Under the pieces are notes generated by a model. It saw only the letters and a program-made list of their open reading frames with translations, did not search any database and was not told the DNA's origin. DNA of 55,129 bases, taken from positions 1-55,129 of IMG/VR virus record IMGVR_UViG_3300014911_000007; one strand, 5' to 3'. The stretch comes from a virus. Its lineage: Duplodnaviria; Caudoviricetes. The position numbers were made by a program, and so were the translations under genes. Positions 47,933-55,129 of the stretch are shown piece after piece. The number at the start of each line of letters is the position of its first letter. Position 1 is the stretch's first letter.

Positions 47933-48271
47933 TCAGTCTTCGGCGACCCATTCGGGTACGTTGTCAAACTCATCTAGCGGCAGAAGTCCGCGACCAAGCG
48001 CCACGAGAAGGTGCGTAAGCTGCTCGATGGTCGAGTCGGTCTGATATACTAGCAAGCTGCGAGTAAGCGGGTCCTTCTCGTTAGCGATTAACATCATCAT
48101 AGATATTATCGCTACGTGGCATCGGTTGATGACGACCGCCTCCGGTGTCGTGTTGGTTAGGTCCTCCATTGGCATATCTTTTATATGGTCGGCTGCGGCG
48201 GTCGCCATGTCCGCTAGTACTTTCCAAAGCTGCGGGTCGAGTGGGTTGATGGCCTCGTGTTTGGTAATCAT
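47933..48271 (-). CDS. Hypothetical protein, paralog B of the MIT...LGxGL family
   Basis: MITKHEAINPLDPQLW...LGRGLLPLDEFDNVPEW. Confidence 0.75.
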   Translation of the reverse strand: MITKHEAINPLDPQLWKVLADMATAAADHIKDMPMEDLTNTTPEAVVINRCHVAIISMMMLIANEKDPLTRSLLVYQTDSTIEQLTHLLVALGRGLLPLDEFDNVPEWVAED

Positions 48272-48621
48272 TGTGCGCCTCCTTTCTTGGGTCTACCCCA
48301 TATATTGAAGATGACCTCTAGAACGAGTCGACCATCCTTATTAAAGGCGATATCTTTGACAACCCAACCTGGGTTCCAAATGGCGATGTCCTTCATAGGA
48401 TCGCCCGTTGGCTTACGGGCACGGATGTATTGCTGTCGCTCGTCTACTAGGTGGCCGTCCTTCCACATGCGCTTTTTGATGAGGTCGTAGCCTTGCGCGT
48501 TCAGCGTCTTTTTGATGTGGTAAAGGATGCGGCTCTCACCGTAGATGCGAGGCTCACCGTCCTCTAATTCTACAATACAACGCCCAATGTCTTCGTATAC
48601 ACGCTCAATGGTTACGTTCAT
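48268..48621 (-). CDS. Hypothetical protein
   Basis: 117 aa; GYDLIKKRMWKDGHLVD. Confidence 0.75.
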   Translation of the reverse strand: MNVTIERVYEDIGRCIVELEDGEPRIYGESRILYHIKKTLNAQGYDLIKKRMWKDGHLVDERQQYIRARKPTGDPMKDIAIWNPGWVVKDIAFNKDGRLVLEVIFNIWGRPKKGGAQ

Positions 48622-48667
48622 GTTAGCCTCCCTTCAAATACCACGTGACCAGCGGCCAGAGTACGTG

Positions 48668-49006
48668 CTAATCCTCCTTGTCGATCCACTCTGGAACGTT
48701 ATCGAAGTCCTCTAACGGCAGAAGTCCTCGGCCTAGCATAAATGCCATGTCGACTATGACTTCTGTAACGAACCGAAGCTCGTTTAGTAGTCTAAGCTGA
48801 ATGAACCCTTGGGCGGCGGCTGTTGCAAGGGCGTAAGACCCCATAGCTGCTGAAAGTCGGGTCATTATGACGCGCTCGGCCAAGGTCATTTCCCTCTCTT
48901 CCTGCGGAAGATTCTTCGCTGCTTCCTGGGCTATATCTCTCATTTCTACAAGAGTGGTCCAGACCTTCGGGTCTCTTGGGTCGATAGTCTCATCGTAGGT
49001 AATCAT
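48668..49006 (-). CDS. Hypothetical protein, paralog A of the MIT...LGxGL family
   Basis: MITYDETIDPRDPKVW...LGRGLLPLEDFDNVPEW. Confidence 0.75.
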   Translation of the reverse strand: MITYDETIDPRDPKVWTTLVEMRDIAQEAAKNLPQEEREMTLAERVIMTRLSAAMGSYALATAAAQGFIQLRLLNELRFVTEVIVDMAFMLGRGLLPLEDFDNVPEWIDKED

Positions 49007-49197
49007 CGTCCTTCTCCTTTCTTGTTTGCGGGCTTTGGCGTGAATAATAGGCAGCTATTCGCTTCGTTATTCTCGACAATACGAGAAATGTCCTCCGAGA
49101 TGAGCCACGCCCACGGCGGGAGTGGAACATTACAAATGCCCCACGTCTTGCCACCTTCTACGAAGTACTTACAATTGCTACATGATTTCTTGCCCAC
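49003..49197 (-). CDS. Small Cys-rich protein
   Basis: CSNCKYF...GIC...C; GGAGG SD. Confidence 0.6.
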   Translation of the reverse strand: MGKKSCSNCKYFVEGGKTWGICNVPLPPWAWLISEDISRIVENNEANSCLLFTPKPANKKGEGR

Positions 49198-49245
49198 TGT
49201 TCGCCTCCTCTCTATACTTTGCGGGGGCTTACGCTTTGTCTCCCC

Positions 49246-49839
49246 TTAAGCTAGGCCGCGCTCGACTATGGTGTTGAATGCGGCTTTGGCTTCTTCTTCC
49301 ATACGGTCAATATCGAAGTATCCCCAGCGGCTTTCAATTACCTCGTCGTGGGTGTAGCCTAGGTTGCAGGTTTTTCGTTGCAGGATTGCCCAGCCGTACA
49401 CCTCACCGCGCAGGTATTTGTCGTACTCTTTCACCTCTGCGATGATGCTTTTGCGGATGTCCTGCGGGTCTCTATTTTCAATACCGAGTAGGTCTAGCTG
49501 TTCTTGGGTGGTGAATACGAAACCGACCTGGCCCCAGTCCCAGCCTTGGGGGTCTACACTGGAAAACCCGCGGTCTGCGCGGAGCCAAAGCTGTGAATGG
49601 TCAAGCAGGTAGAGGGGCATGATTTCAATACCTCCAAGCTCGTCCTTGATGTACTCGTAGACTTCATCCCAGGATGAGAATCTTTCGGTGTCGATCTGTT
49701 CGTCTCCCAGGGCATAGCGTTTGTGGGCACAAAGCATGATGCTCAGATTGTCCCACAGTCGCGGGTTGGGTGGTTGCTGGTCGTAGTGGTATTCAAGGAT
49801 GTATTCCCCGTGTTCTATTCGCTCGAAGCAGGTGCCCAT
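49246..49839 (-). CDS. Conserved-looking phage/MGE hypothetical protein
   Basis: NPR.WDNL...HKRY.LGD...LYLLDHS...WDWGQVG...YLRGEVYG. Confidence 0.75.
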   Translation of the reverse strand: MGTCFERIEHGEYILEYHYDQQPPNPRLWDNLSIMLCAHKRYALGDEQIDTERFSSWDEVYEYIKDELGGIEIMPLYLLDHSQLWLRADRGFSSVDPQGWDWGQVGFVFTTQEQLDLLGIENRDPQDIRKSIIAEVKEYDKYLRGEVYGWAILQRKTCNLGYTHDEVIESRWGYFDIDRMEEEAKAAFNTIVERGLA

Positions 49840-49852
49840 CGGATGCCTCCTT

Positions 49853-50281
49853 TCATTCGTCTGCTTTTTCGCGTAGGAAGTCTAGCACGATGTCGAACAC
49901 TTCATCTTTTTCGAGTTGCTGTGCTAAAGTGAGGAGTGCGTTGAAGTTTTGGATCAAACTTCCGTACTCTTGGATTATTTCATCAGCATATGCTTGACGG
50001 TTGAGGTTACTTGCAATCCATGTCAATAGGTCTGATGTATAGATGTCGGCCTCTGGCGGCTCGGCGTCCTTCCCATCGCCTACAATATTCCAAAGGGCCT
50101 CAATTGTAAAGCGGTAGCGGTGATCATCTGGGAGTAGCTCCCCATTGTCGTGCGCAGCATAAACTAGGCTGCGCACCCACTCCGGCGCGTCGTTCTGCAC
50201 CCTCCAGTATTCGGAGCCATCCTCTCGTGTGGCTTTTTCAAAGTAGCTGGCGGCTTCGTTTGCTAGGTCTTGAACGTCCAT
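49853..50281 (-). CDS. Acidic protein, possible Ocr-like DNA mimic
   Basis: ADIYTSDLLTWIAS resembles T7 Ocr PHYYADIFSVMAS; D/E-rich. Confidence 0.45.
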   Translation of the reverse strand: MDVQDLANEAASYFEKATREDGSEYWRVQNDAPEWVRSLVYAAHDNGELLPDDHRYRFTIEALWNIVGDGKDAEPPEADIYTSDLLTWIASNLNRQAYADEIIQEYGSLIQNFNALLTLAQQLEKDEVFDIVLDFLREKADE

Positions 50282-50292
50282 CGTTTCACCTC

Positions 50293-50649
50293 CTAGATTT
50301 CGCCCTTTCGCACTCGTTCGTACCACGCGCCAATGGCTGCGCGGTAGTTAGAGTATAGGCCGACTTCTTCGATCTCCTTGAGGTTGGTGGGCTGTGGTTT
50401 ACAGTTGATCCAATCGCAGCACTTCCACAATGCCCATCCGCCGTACTCATCATGTGGGGGCCAGTAGAAGCTAATCCAGAAGCAGTGTCTAATCTCGTCT
50501 GAGCAAGCAGAGGTCCATCCGATAAGCTCGCGATGCTCACCTTGCTCTCGTGGGATACGGGTTAGTGGGTCCATACTATTCCCTCCCTTCGTCTTCCCTG
50601 GCGGCTTAGACCTCCTCGGCTTGCCGAAGTAAGGTTTACTTACTGGCAT
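50293..50649 (-). CDS. Hypothetical protein
   Basis: SD-backed starts at 50649 and 50574. Confidence 0.6.
   Translation of the reverse strand: MPVSKPYFGKPRRSKPPGKTKGGNSMDPLTRIPREQGEHRELIGWTSACSDEIRHCFWISFYWPPHDEYGGWALWKCCDWINCKPQPTNLKEIEEVGLYSNYRAAIGAWYERVRKGEI
50627..50641. repeat. AGTAA-N3-TTACT palindrome
   Basis: AAGTAAGGTTTACTT. Confidence 0.8.
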
Positions 50650-50658
50650 CGGCCTCCG

Positions 50659-50856
50659 TTAGTCTGCGAAGTAAATACGGTTGGGGTATTTATGTCCCAG
50701 CTTGACGGTTTGGCGGATGCCGTGTTGAGTGTATTCGACGACTAGGAATCCACCCCAAAAGCCCTCAATTTCCACCTCGCTTTCGTCCGACACCTCTATT
50801 CTGATGCGCTTTTTGAAGCCGAGCGGCCTATCATATTCGCAAATTAATGTTCTCAT
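50659..50856 (-). CDS. Hypothetical protein
   Basis: 65 aa, AGGAGG SD. Confidence 0.65.
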   Translation of the reverse strand: MRTLICEYDRPLGFKKRIRIEVSDESEVEIEGFWGGFLVVEYTQHGIRQTVKLGHKYPNRIYFAD

Positions 50857-50877
50857 ATCAGCCTCCTTTTTCTTCTT

Positions 50878-50896
50878 CCAAGTAAGGATTACTTGG
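50878..50896. repeat. AGTAA-N3-TTACT palindrome (longest, 8-bp arms)
   Basis: CCAAGTAAGGATTACTTGG, intergenic. Confidence 0.85.
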
Positions 50897-50934
50897 TGTC
50901 CTTGGTGGTCTCCCCTCCCATTATATACGGTGGC

Positions 50935-51096
50935 TTAGGCTCGCCAGATAATGGGATATGGGGTGTTAGGTGGAAGTCCTTTAGCTGTAGCCTCTCGCGC
51001 TCTTCGGCGTATTTTCATCGCGTATTTGCTGCGCTTGGGCTTGACTCCTCCGGCTGCTTTCTTGGCGGCTAGGGTCTTCTTGTGTTTCTTTGTCAT
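50935..51096 (-). CDS. Small Lys/Arg/Ala-rich basic protein (53 aa, not in the ORF track)
   Basis: MTKKHKKTLAAKKAAGGVKPKRSKYAMKIRRRAREATAKGLPPNTPYPIIWRA; AGGAG SD. Confidence 0.65.
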   Translation of the reverse strand: MTKKHKKTLAAKKAAGGVKPKRSKYAMKIRRRAREATAKGLPPNTPYPIIWRA

Positions 51097-51114
51097 GGTT
51101 TGATCTCCTCTCCT

Positions 51115-51129
51115 AAGTAAGGATTACTT
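51115..51129. repeat. AGTAA-N3-TTACT palindrome
   Basis: AAGTAAGGATTACTT, intergenic. Confidence 0.85.
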
Positions 51130-51186
51130 GGTATCCGTGCCGGCGGGCATCCGTCATAATTCGAGCGGCACAATCCTTACATAGTC

Positions 51187-51306
51187 TCAGCGTATCCCGT
51201 TCAACGTCGTTGTATAGATAATCGTAAGGGTGACAGTGGCGGGCGTGCCGCATAGGTGCCCGCTGATTATGCGGTTATCGTGATTATCACAGATGGCGTG
51301 ATTCAT
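51187..51306 (-). CDS. Possible 39-aa protein
   Basis: AGGAGG SD, then MNHAICDNHD... Confidence 0.4.
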   Translation of the reverse strand: MNHAICDNHDNRIISGHLCGTPATVTLTIIYTTTLNGIR

Positions 51307-51344
51307 TTCGTGCCTCCTATCTTGAAAGTTTGGCTTTCGGGGGT

Positions 51345-51602
51345 TTATACTCCCTCGCCATCGTCCAATAGGGCATCCCGCAGTGCGTCGAAGTCTATCC
51401 GGTCCACTGCGTCTTGGAGCAAATCCCAAGCAAGGTCCGCGGGTGGGCGTGCGTGTAGGTCTAGCACGTCCTCACGAATGAAATCATAAAGGGCTTCCTT
51501 TCCCTCTTGGGCTGCTTGGCGGGCTAGACTCCACGTCACGGAGTCATTGCCAATCCATGTAAAGGTCGTCCACGTTTCCTTATTTGCCCATCCGTTGTAC
51601 AT
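51345..51602 (-). CDS. Conserved-looking phage hypothetical protein
   Basis: MYNGWANKETW...W..ND N-terminus; GGAGG SD. Confidence 0.75.
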   Translation of the reverse strand: MYNGWANKETWTTFTWIGNDSVTWSLARQAAQEGKEALYDFIREDVLDLHARPPADLAWDLLQDAVDRIDFDALRDALLDDGEGV

Positions 51603-51633
51603 GCTTCACCTCCGGCAGATATCGGGATAGGGT

Positions 51634-51903
51634 CTACTCTCTAAAGTAGAGATATCGGCGCGTTTCATCTCCGAGATAGTGGTCTTTACATTCCGGCTCC
51701 CCGTCCATGCGCCATGCTTCGAATCCCCATTCGTCCCAATCACAATATTGGAATCCTCTATAGGCTCCTGCGTCCATTAGGATTCCCTGGACGAGATAAA
51801 AAACGGCATTGCGCGCCTCAGGCGTAATGTTCGGGTTCGATGTGATTCTGTTCGCACGTTCTACTAGCTTTCGCAGTGGATAAGTTTTCCTTGTCCTTGG
51901 CAT
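51634..51903 (-). CDS. Hypothetical early protein
   Basis: 89 aa, AGGAG SD. Confidence 0.7.
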   Translation of the reverse strand: MPRTRKTYPLRKLVERANRITSNPNITPEARNAVFYLVQGILMDAGAYRGFQYCDWDEWGFEAWRMDGEPECKDHYLGDETRRYLYFRE

Positions 51904-51946
51904 GACTTTCTCCTTTCTGCAAATGCCTTCCTTAAGTTACGGGGGC

Positions 51947-52207
51947 TTATGCAAATTGCCAAGTTGCGGCAACCTGTATCACTTGGGCGACGTTGCCCCA
52001 TTCTCGGCGGATGATCCCCGCTCTCCCGACAAGCTTCATTTCGCGGCGTAGCTCGTCAAAGTGGCGGCTGCATAGGTACTCTGTTTTCCATTCGCCGCGC
52101 CTCCGATAGCCTGGGCCGATGTCGATGATTCGCATTGTAACCGCATAGCGCGGCTTCATCTTGCAGAAGTGCCCGCGCGTGGTCTGGGTTCGGCAGGTTC
52201 GCTCCAT
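51947..52207 (-). CDS. Hypothetical protein with C-x9-C...C-x2-H motif
   Basis: CRTQTTRGHFC...YLCSRH; GGAGG SD. Confidence 0.65.
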   Translation of the reverse strand: MERTCRTQTTRGHFCKMKPRYAVTMRIIDIGPGYRRRGEWKTEYLCSRHFDELRREMKLVGRAGIIRREWGNVAQVIQVAATWQFA

Positions 52208-52211
52208 TGCT

Positions 52212-52391
52212 TTACCTCCGGTCCTCTAGTTCGGTTAGAATCTCGCCAAGGCCGAGGGCCAAGGTGAGGATGGCATACAATAGCAGTTCATCTTTCACCT
52301 TTGAAAAGTAGCCGCAGTCTGCGGCTCGTTCCACTTTCGAGATGAGGTCCTCGACGCTGTCGGCGTATTTCTTCGCTCGGTTTTTCATCAT
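52212..52391 (-). CDS. Small hypothetical protein (59 aa, not in the ORF track)
   Basis: MMKNRAKKYADSVEDLI...EDRR; GGAGG SD; fills the gap. Confidence 0.55.
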   Translation of the reverse strand: MMKNRAKKYADSVEDLISKVERAADCGYFSKVKDELLLYAILTLALGLGEILTELEDRR

Positions 52392-52579
52392 TCTTCCCTC
52401 CGTCTTCCGTTCTTCCGGTCCTTGCGACGGCGGCGCTCCGCGTCATTCTGGCAGGCGCGGGAGCAATATACGTAGCCGTCGGGTGCCATGTAGGCGCGGT
52501 CTCCGATATAAAGCGGATATCCGCACTCATCGCACTCCGTTTCCTCGGTGCGGCGGCTGATCTTGTACCACGTGCCCAT
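52388..52579 (-). CDS. Treble-clef zinc-finger protein
   Basis: CDECG...YCSRAC. Confidence 0.7.
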   Translation of the reverse strand: MGTWYKISRRTEETECDECGYPLYIGDRAYMAPDGYVYCSRACQNDAERRRRKDRKNGRRREE

Positions 52580-52627
52580 GTTTCCCTCCGTTCTCTGAGT
52601 GTTCGGCTTTCTACGAATTGCGGGGGC

Positions 52628-53212
52628 TTACAGTATTCGGCAAGCGGTCCAGAATGGCTTGCCCTTGTCTGCCCACATGCTATCTTTTCCCTCGATGTCT
52701 ACTCCGATACAGTATTCCCGTTCCTGAGGTTGGCCTAGGATTGTGAGCTTGATTCCGAATGCCTGCGACTTCCATTTGAATGGTGGCGCTTTTTTCAGTG
52801 GGAGGGTGAAGCGGAGTCGCTCATCCCATGAGGCCCACGCGCGGCTGACCTCTGGGCATCCGCACGCGTGCCCGTGGTCTTCCGGCGTTGGGCATGTCGG
52901 ATAGAACATATAATAGTCTAGTAATAGTGTTATGCCTTTGTACCGTCTAATGCGGGCCTTTCCGATACTCTTCCAGACGGGTTCCAAGCTCGGCGCTCGT
53001 GGTATGTAGTAAGTCGATTTGCCTTGGGGGAGCTTTCTTTCTGTCAGTCTGTAAGCGTCCCTACGTAATAATCGATCCGGTTCTATTCTTATCGTCTGTC
53101 CACTGCCCATGAGGTAGTGGCCTAGGAAGTAAAGATGCTGAAAGCGTTTCCACTTCCAGAGGCCAATTGCTTTCAGCATTGCTCCAAATAGATAGCAGAG
53201 GATTCGCTTCAT
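52628..53212 (-). CDS. Hypothetical protein
   Basis: 194 aa; GAGG SD. Confidence 0.7.
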   Translation of the reverse strand: MKRILCYLFGAMLKAIGLWKWKRFQHLYFLGHYLMGSGQTIRIEPDRLLRRDAYRLTERKLPQGKSTYYIPRAPSLEPVWKSIGKARIRRYKGITLLLDYYMFYPTCPTPEDHGHACGCPEVSRAWASWDERLRFTLPLKKAPPFKWKSQAFGIKLTILGQPQEREYCIGVDIEGKDSMWADKGKPFWTACRIL

Positions 53213-53240
53213 GGTGCATCCTCTCTTCGTTTTCGGGGGC

Positions 53241-53471
53241 CTATTTAGCAGCTAGGGCGACGTGGCGGCAATTCCAAGCGATGCCTAGCAAGTAGCTAAA
53301 CGGGCCTCCGCCTGTGAAGTGCGCTCCGGCCTCAGTGAGGGGCGGCTTGTCTGTGCCATGCCTCTTGGCGTGCATGATATCGGCTATCGCTTCACTCTCT
53401 GATAGGATAGCCGTCCATTGCAGGGCGCGGATCAGTCGCGGGTATCGGCGGCGGATTTCTTCACGGTTCAT
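53241..53471 (-). CDS. Hypothetical protein
   Basis: 76 aa; GGAGG SD. Confidence 0.65.
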   Translation of the reverse strand: MNREEIRRRYPRLIRALQWTAILSESEAIADIMHAKRHGTDKPPLTEAGAHFTGGGPFSYLLGIAWNCRHVALAAK

Positions 53472-53499
53472 GGGTCCCTCCCTTCTCAGTTTCAGGGGC

Positions 53500-53718
53500 C
53501 TACATCTCGCCTCTGTATCCGTGGCGGGCGAGGTCTAGGGCTTCCTGGATAGCCTGAGCCTCCGTCCAGTGCGGTTTGGGCTTCACTGTCATTTCGTGGT
53601 ATTCAACCTCGAATACTTCCAGTGGGAGCGGTGAGGTCTTGGCGAAGTTGTCGGCCTCGTCGCGGCTGTCAAATATCCCTGCTGGCGTGCTCTCGGTCAC
53701 GGCTATAAAGTAGCGCAT
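53500..53718 (-). CDS. Hypothetical protein
   Basis: 72 aa; GGAGG SD; GIFDSRDEA motif. Confidence 0.65.
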   Translation of the reverse strand: MRYFIAVTESTPAGIFDSRDEADNFAKTSPLPLEVFEVEYHEMTVKPKPHWTEAQAIQEALDLARHGYRGEM

Positions 53719-53887
53719 CTTCGCCTCCGTCCACTAGTTGCGGGGGCTTATATCCTCCGCTCAATTCTAATAAGCATCGACTCCATTGTAGGCGCTCCGC
53801 CTCATCTTTTGGCGGCTGGTATGCTATCAGTGCTGCGGCGGCAATAGCAAGGATTCGATCAGGGGTCTTTCGGCTGGGATATTGCAT
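53669..53887 (-). CDS. Hypothetical protein
   Basis: 72 aa; GGAGG SD. Confidence 0.55.
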   Translation of the reverse strand: MQYPSRKTPDRILAIAAAALIAYQPPKDEAERLQWSRCLLELSGGYKPPQLVDGGEDALLYSRDREHASRDI

Positions 53888-53899
53888 GAATGTGCCTCC

Positions 53900-53914
53900 A
53901 AGTAAGGCTTACTT
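53900..53914. repeat. AGTAA-N3-TTACT palindrome
   Basis: AAGTAAGGCTTACTT next to the SD of the gene starting at 53887. Confidence 0.85.
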
Positions 53915-53918
53915 TAGG

Positions 53919-53957
53919 GGCCGGGCCGCGCGGCCTATGGGTCCGCGCTGCCCGGCC
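53919..53957 (-). terminator. GC-rich intergenic hairpin
   Basis: GGCCGGGC...GCCCGGCC with additional inner pairing. Confidence 0.5.
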
Positions 53958-53967
53958 TTTATTCCGC

Positions 53968-54354
53968 TTAGGCGTGAGGGTGCCAGTCCTCTAGGCGGGC
54001 GAGGGCTGCATCCTCTGTCGGTCGGCTTATGGGGCCGTGATAGTGGCGGTTATCGGCGTATGGCTCCCAGACGAGAAGGGCGCGGTTCCAATCCCGCGTA
54101 CCGCGTGCGGGGGCCGGAGGGTTGAACATCCCTTCGACTGTCCGCGGGGCCTTCCTGCGTGGGGCTGTAGTGTCGCCTCGCCATGTCACGGTTACGGCTT
54201 TGCGGTGGTACGTCTTGCGGGCCCTGCGCATCCGCTGGCCTACAATGAGGCGGGCGAATCCTGGTAGCAATCCTTGCGCATCCGCGGGCAGTTCCGGCGG
54301 TGGTTCTATCGACCTGGGAGCGGGGCCGAATTCAAGGTGCAATTGCTCGGTCAT
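53968..54354 (-). CDS. Hypothetical protein
   Basis: 128 aa; GGAGG SD. Confidence 0.6.
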   Translation of the reverse strand: MTEQLHLEFGPAPRSIEPPPELPADAQGLLPGFARLIVGQRMRRARKTYHRKAVTVTWRGDTTAPRRKAPRTVEGMFNPPAPARGTRDWNRALLVWEPYADNRHYHGPISRPTEDAALARLEDWHPHA

Positions 54355-54550
54355 CCTTCCTCCAGTATGTCACGGGCTTGATGGTGGCGATGGGCGCTCG
54401 GCCTAGGGCTTTCAGCGGGCGGCTGATCTCGTCTGCCCATGCCATCGCGTCGCGCATGTTGTCATGGGCGCTGGCGTCGAAGAGGCGGCCATTCTCCAAG
54501 ACAATCACGGCTTGATAACGGATGTATGGCTGCATAGGTGCCTCCTTCAC
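54332..54550 (-). CDS. Hypothetical protein
   Basis: Likely start MQPYIR with AGGAGG SD. Confidence 0.6.
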   Translation of the reverse strand: MKEAPMQPYIRYQAVIVLENGRLFDASAHDNMRDAMAWADEISRPLKALGRAPIATIKPVTYWRKDDRAIAP

Positions 54551-54567
54551 AATATGCGGGGGATTAG

Positions 54568-54592
54568 GGGAGGCCGCGCGTGGCGGCCTCCC
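54568..54592 (-). terminator. 10-bp GC hairpin
   Basis: GGGAGGCCGC-GCGTG-GCGGCCTCCC just after the stop at 54595. Confidence 0.55.
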
Positions 54593-54594
54593 GG

Positions 54595-54930
54595 CTAGTT
54601 GGCCTCCTCCTGGCTGACCTGCTGGTAGGCATTCCAGATTTCCGGCGCGGCCTCTATGATGTCATTCAGGCTCTCGGTGATGTTGTCGTAGGTGATGTGG
54701 GCCTGGGTGTACTGCTCCGGCTCTAGGCGGCGGAGGTCATCAAGTGCCCAGTGGAGTCGGCGGGCGATGTATTCAGCGACCCTCCTTTCGACTGTGGTGC
54801 CTTCGTGCCAGAGATATCGGCAGAGGCGGTCACGGCTGGATCGGGTGAGATGGTAGGTTCTGGGGTTGCTGAGCCTGGTGAAGGTGGCGACGTTCTCGCG
54901 CCAATTGACGGTTACGGCTTTCGCTCGCAT
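54595..54930 (-). CDS. Hypothetical early protein
   Basis: 111 aa; GGAGG SD. Confidence 0.7.
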   Translation of the reverse strand: MRAKAVTVNWRENVATFTRLSNPRTYHLTRSSRDRLCRYLWHEGTTVERRVAEYIARRLHWALDDLRRLEPEQYTQAHITYDNITESLNDIIEAAPEIWNAYQQVSQEEAN

Positions 54931-55129
54931 GACATCCTCCGTTTAGGTTGTGAAGGTGCGGATTAGGTGCATGGGCGCACCGCGGGCGCGTCCTGGCGGG
55001 CAGGGCGCGCCTCCGTTGAGCCTATGCGTCGGGGTCAGTCCAGCGTGGGCGGTGAGGCTCTCGCAGTGCCATCGGCACGCGCAGGCGGGCGAAGTCCTGC
55101 GCCATGCGGTCATATCGTCGGCGGTAGTG

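Larger units (their letters stand above)
49219..54566 (-). repeat. Eight copies of a 13-nt motif TA(A/G)NCCCC(C/T)GNA(A/T) upstream of early genes
   Basis: Copies at 49219, 51335, 51937, 52618, 53231, 53490, 53738 and 54554 (13 nt each). Confidence 0.8.

Noticed and set aside
49219-54566. CRISPR array or integron attC sites as the explanation of the 13-nt repeats
   Set aside because: Repeats are too short and separated by whole genes; no attC-like inverted structure; no cas or integrase gene.
1-55129. Prophage boundaries, integrase/repressor module or terminal repeats
   Set aside because: No host genes, integrase motifs or matching end sequences were recognised; completeness cannot be confirmed.
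1-55129. Stop-codon reassignment
   Set aside because: The standard code gives dense, intact genes, and TAA, TAG and TGA all terminate credible ORFs.

Overview
The window looks like a near-complete ~55 kb tailed dsDNA phage genome with a podovirus-like layout; no integrase, repressor, reverse transcriptase, tRNA or CRISPR array was recognised. The + strand from ~0.1 to 30.9 kb carries morphogenesis and lysis genes: large terminase, portal, probable ejection proteins including a 3359-aa giant with an internal ADP-ribosyltransferase-like domain, scaffold, N4-gp56-type capsid, a sialyltransferase/Maf-like protein, tail adaptor and nozzle, a long fibre ending in a LamG domain, GH25 lysin and a holin candidate. 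The - strand from 30.9 to 44.9 kb carries replication and metabolism genes: SNF2 helicase, exonuclease, primase, DnaB, PolA, UDG, NeuB, RecA, a nuclease and a metallophosphoesterase. An AT-rich divergent control region, an HNH gene and a probable structured ncRNA lie at 44.95-45.6 kb, followed by ~30 small, presumably early, genes on the - strand. The most notable observations are: (1) NeuB plus a GT-like gene inside the virion module, a candidate nonulosonic-acid glycosylation system; (2) 12 copies of an AGTAA-N3-TTACT palindrome across the genome; (3) twin Rex/CRP-like boxes placed symmetrically on divergent consensus promoters; (4) a 13-nt motif in front of eight early genes; (5) a promoter-driven ~200-nt structured RNA. 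All protein calls rest on motifs read by eye; no searches were run.
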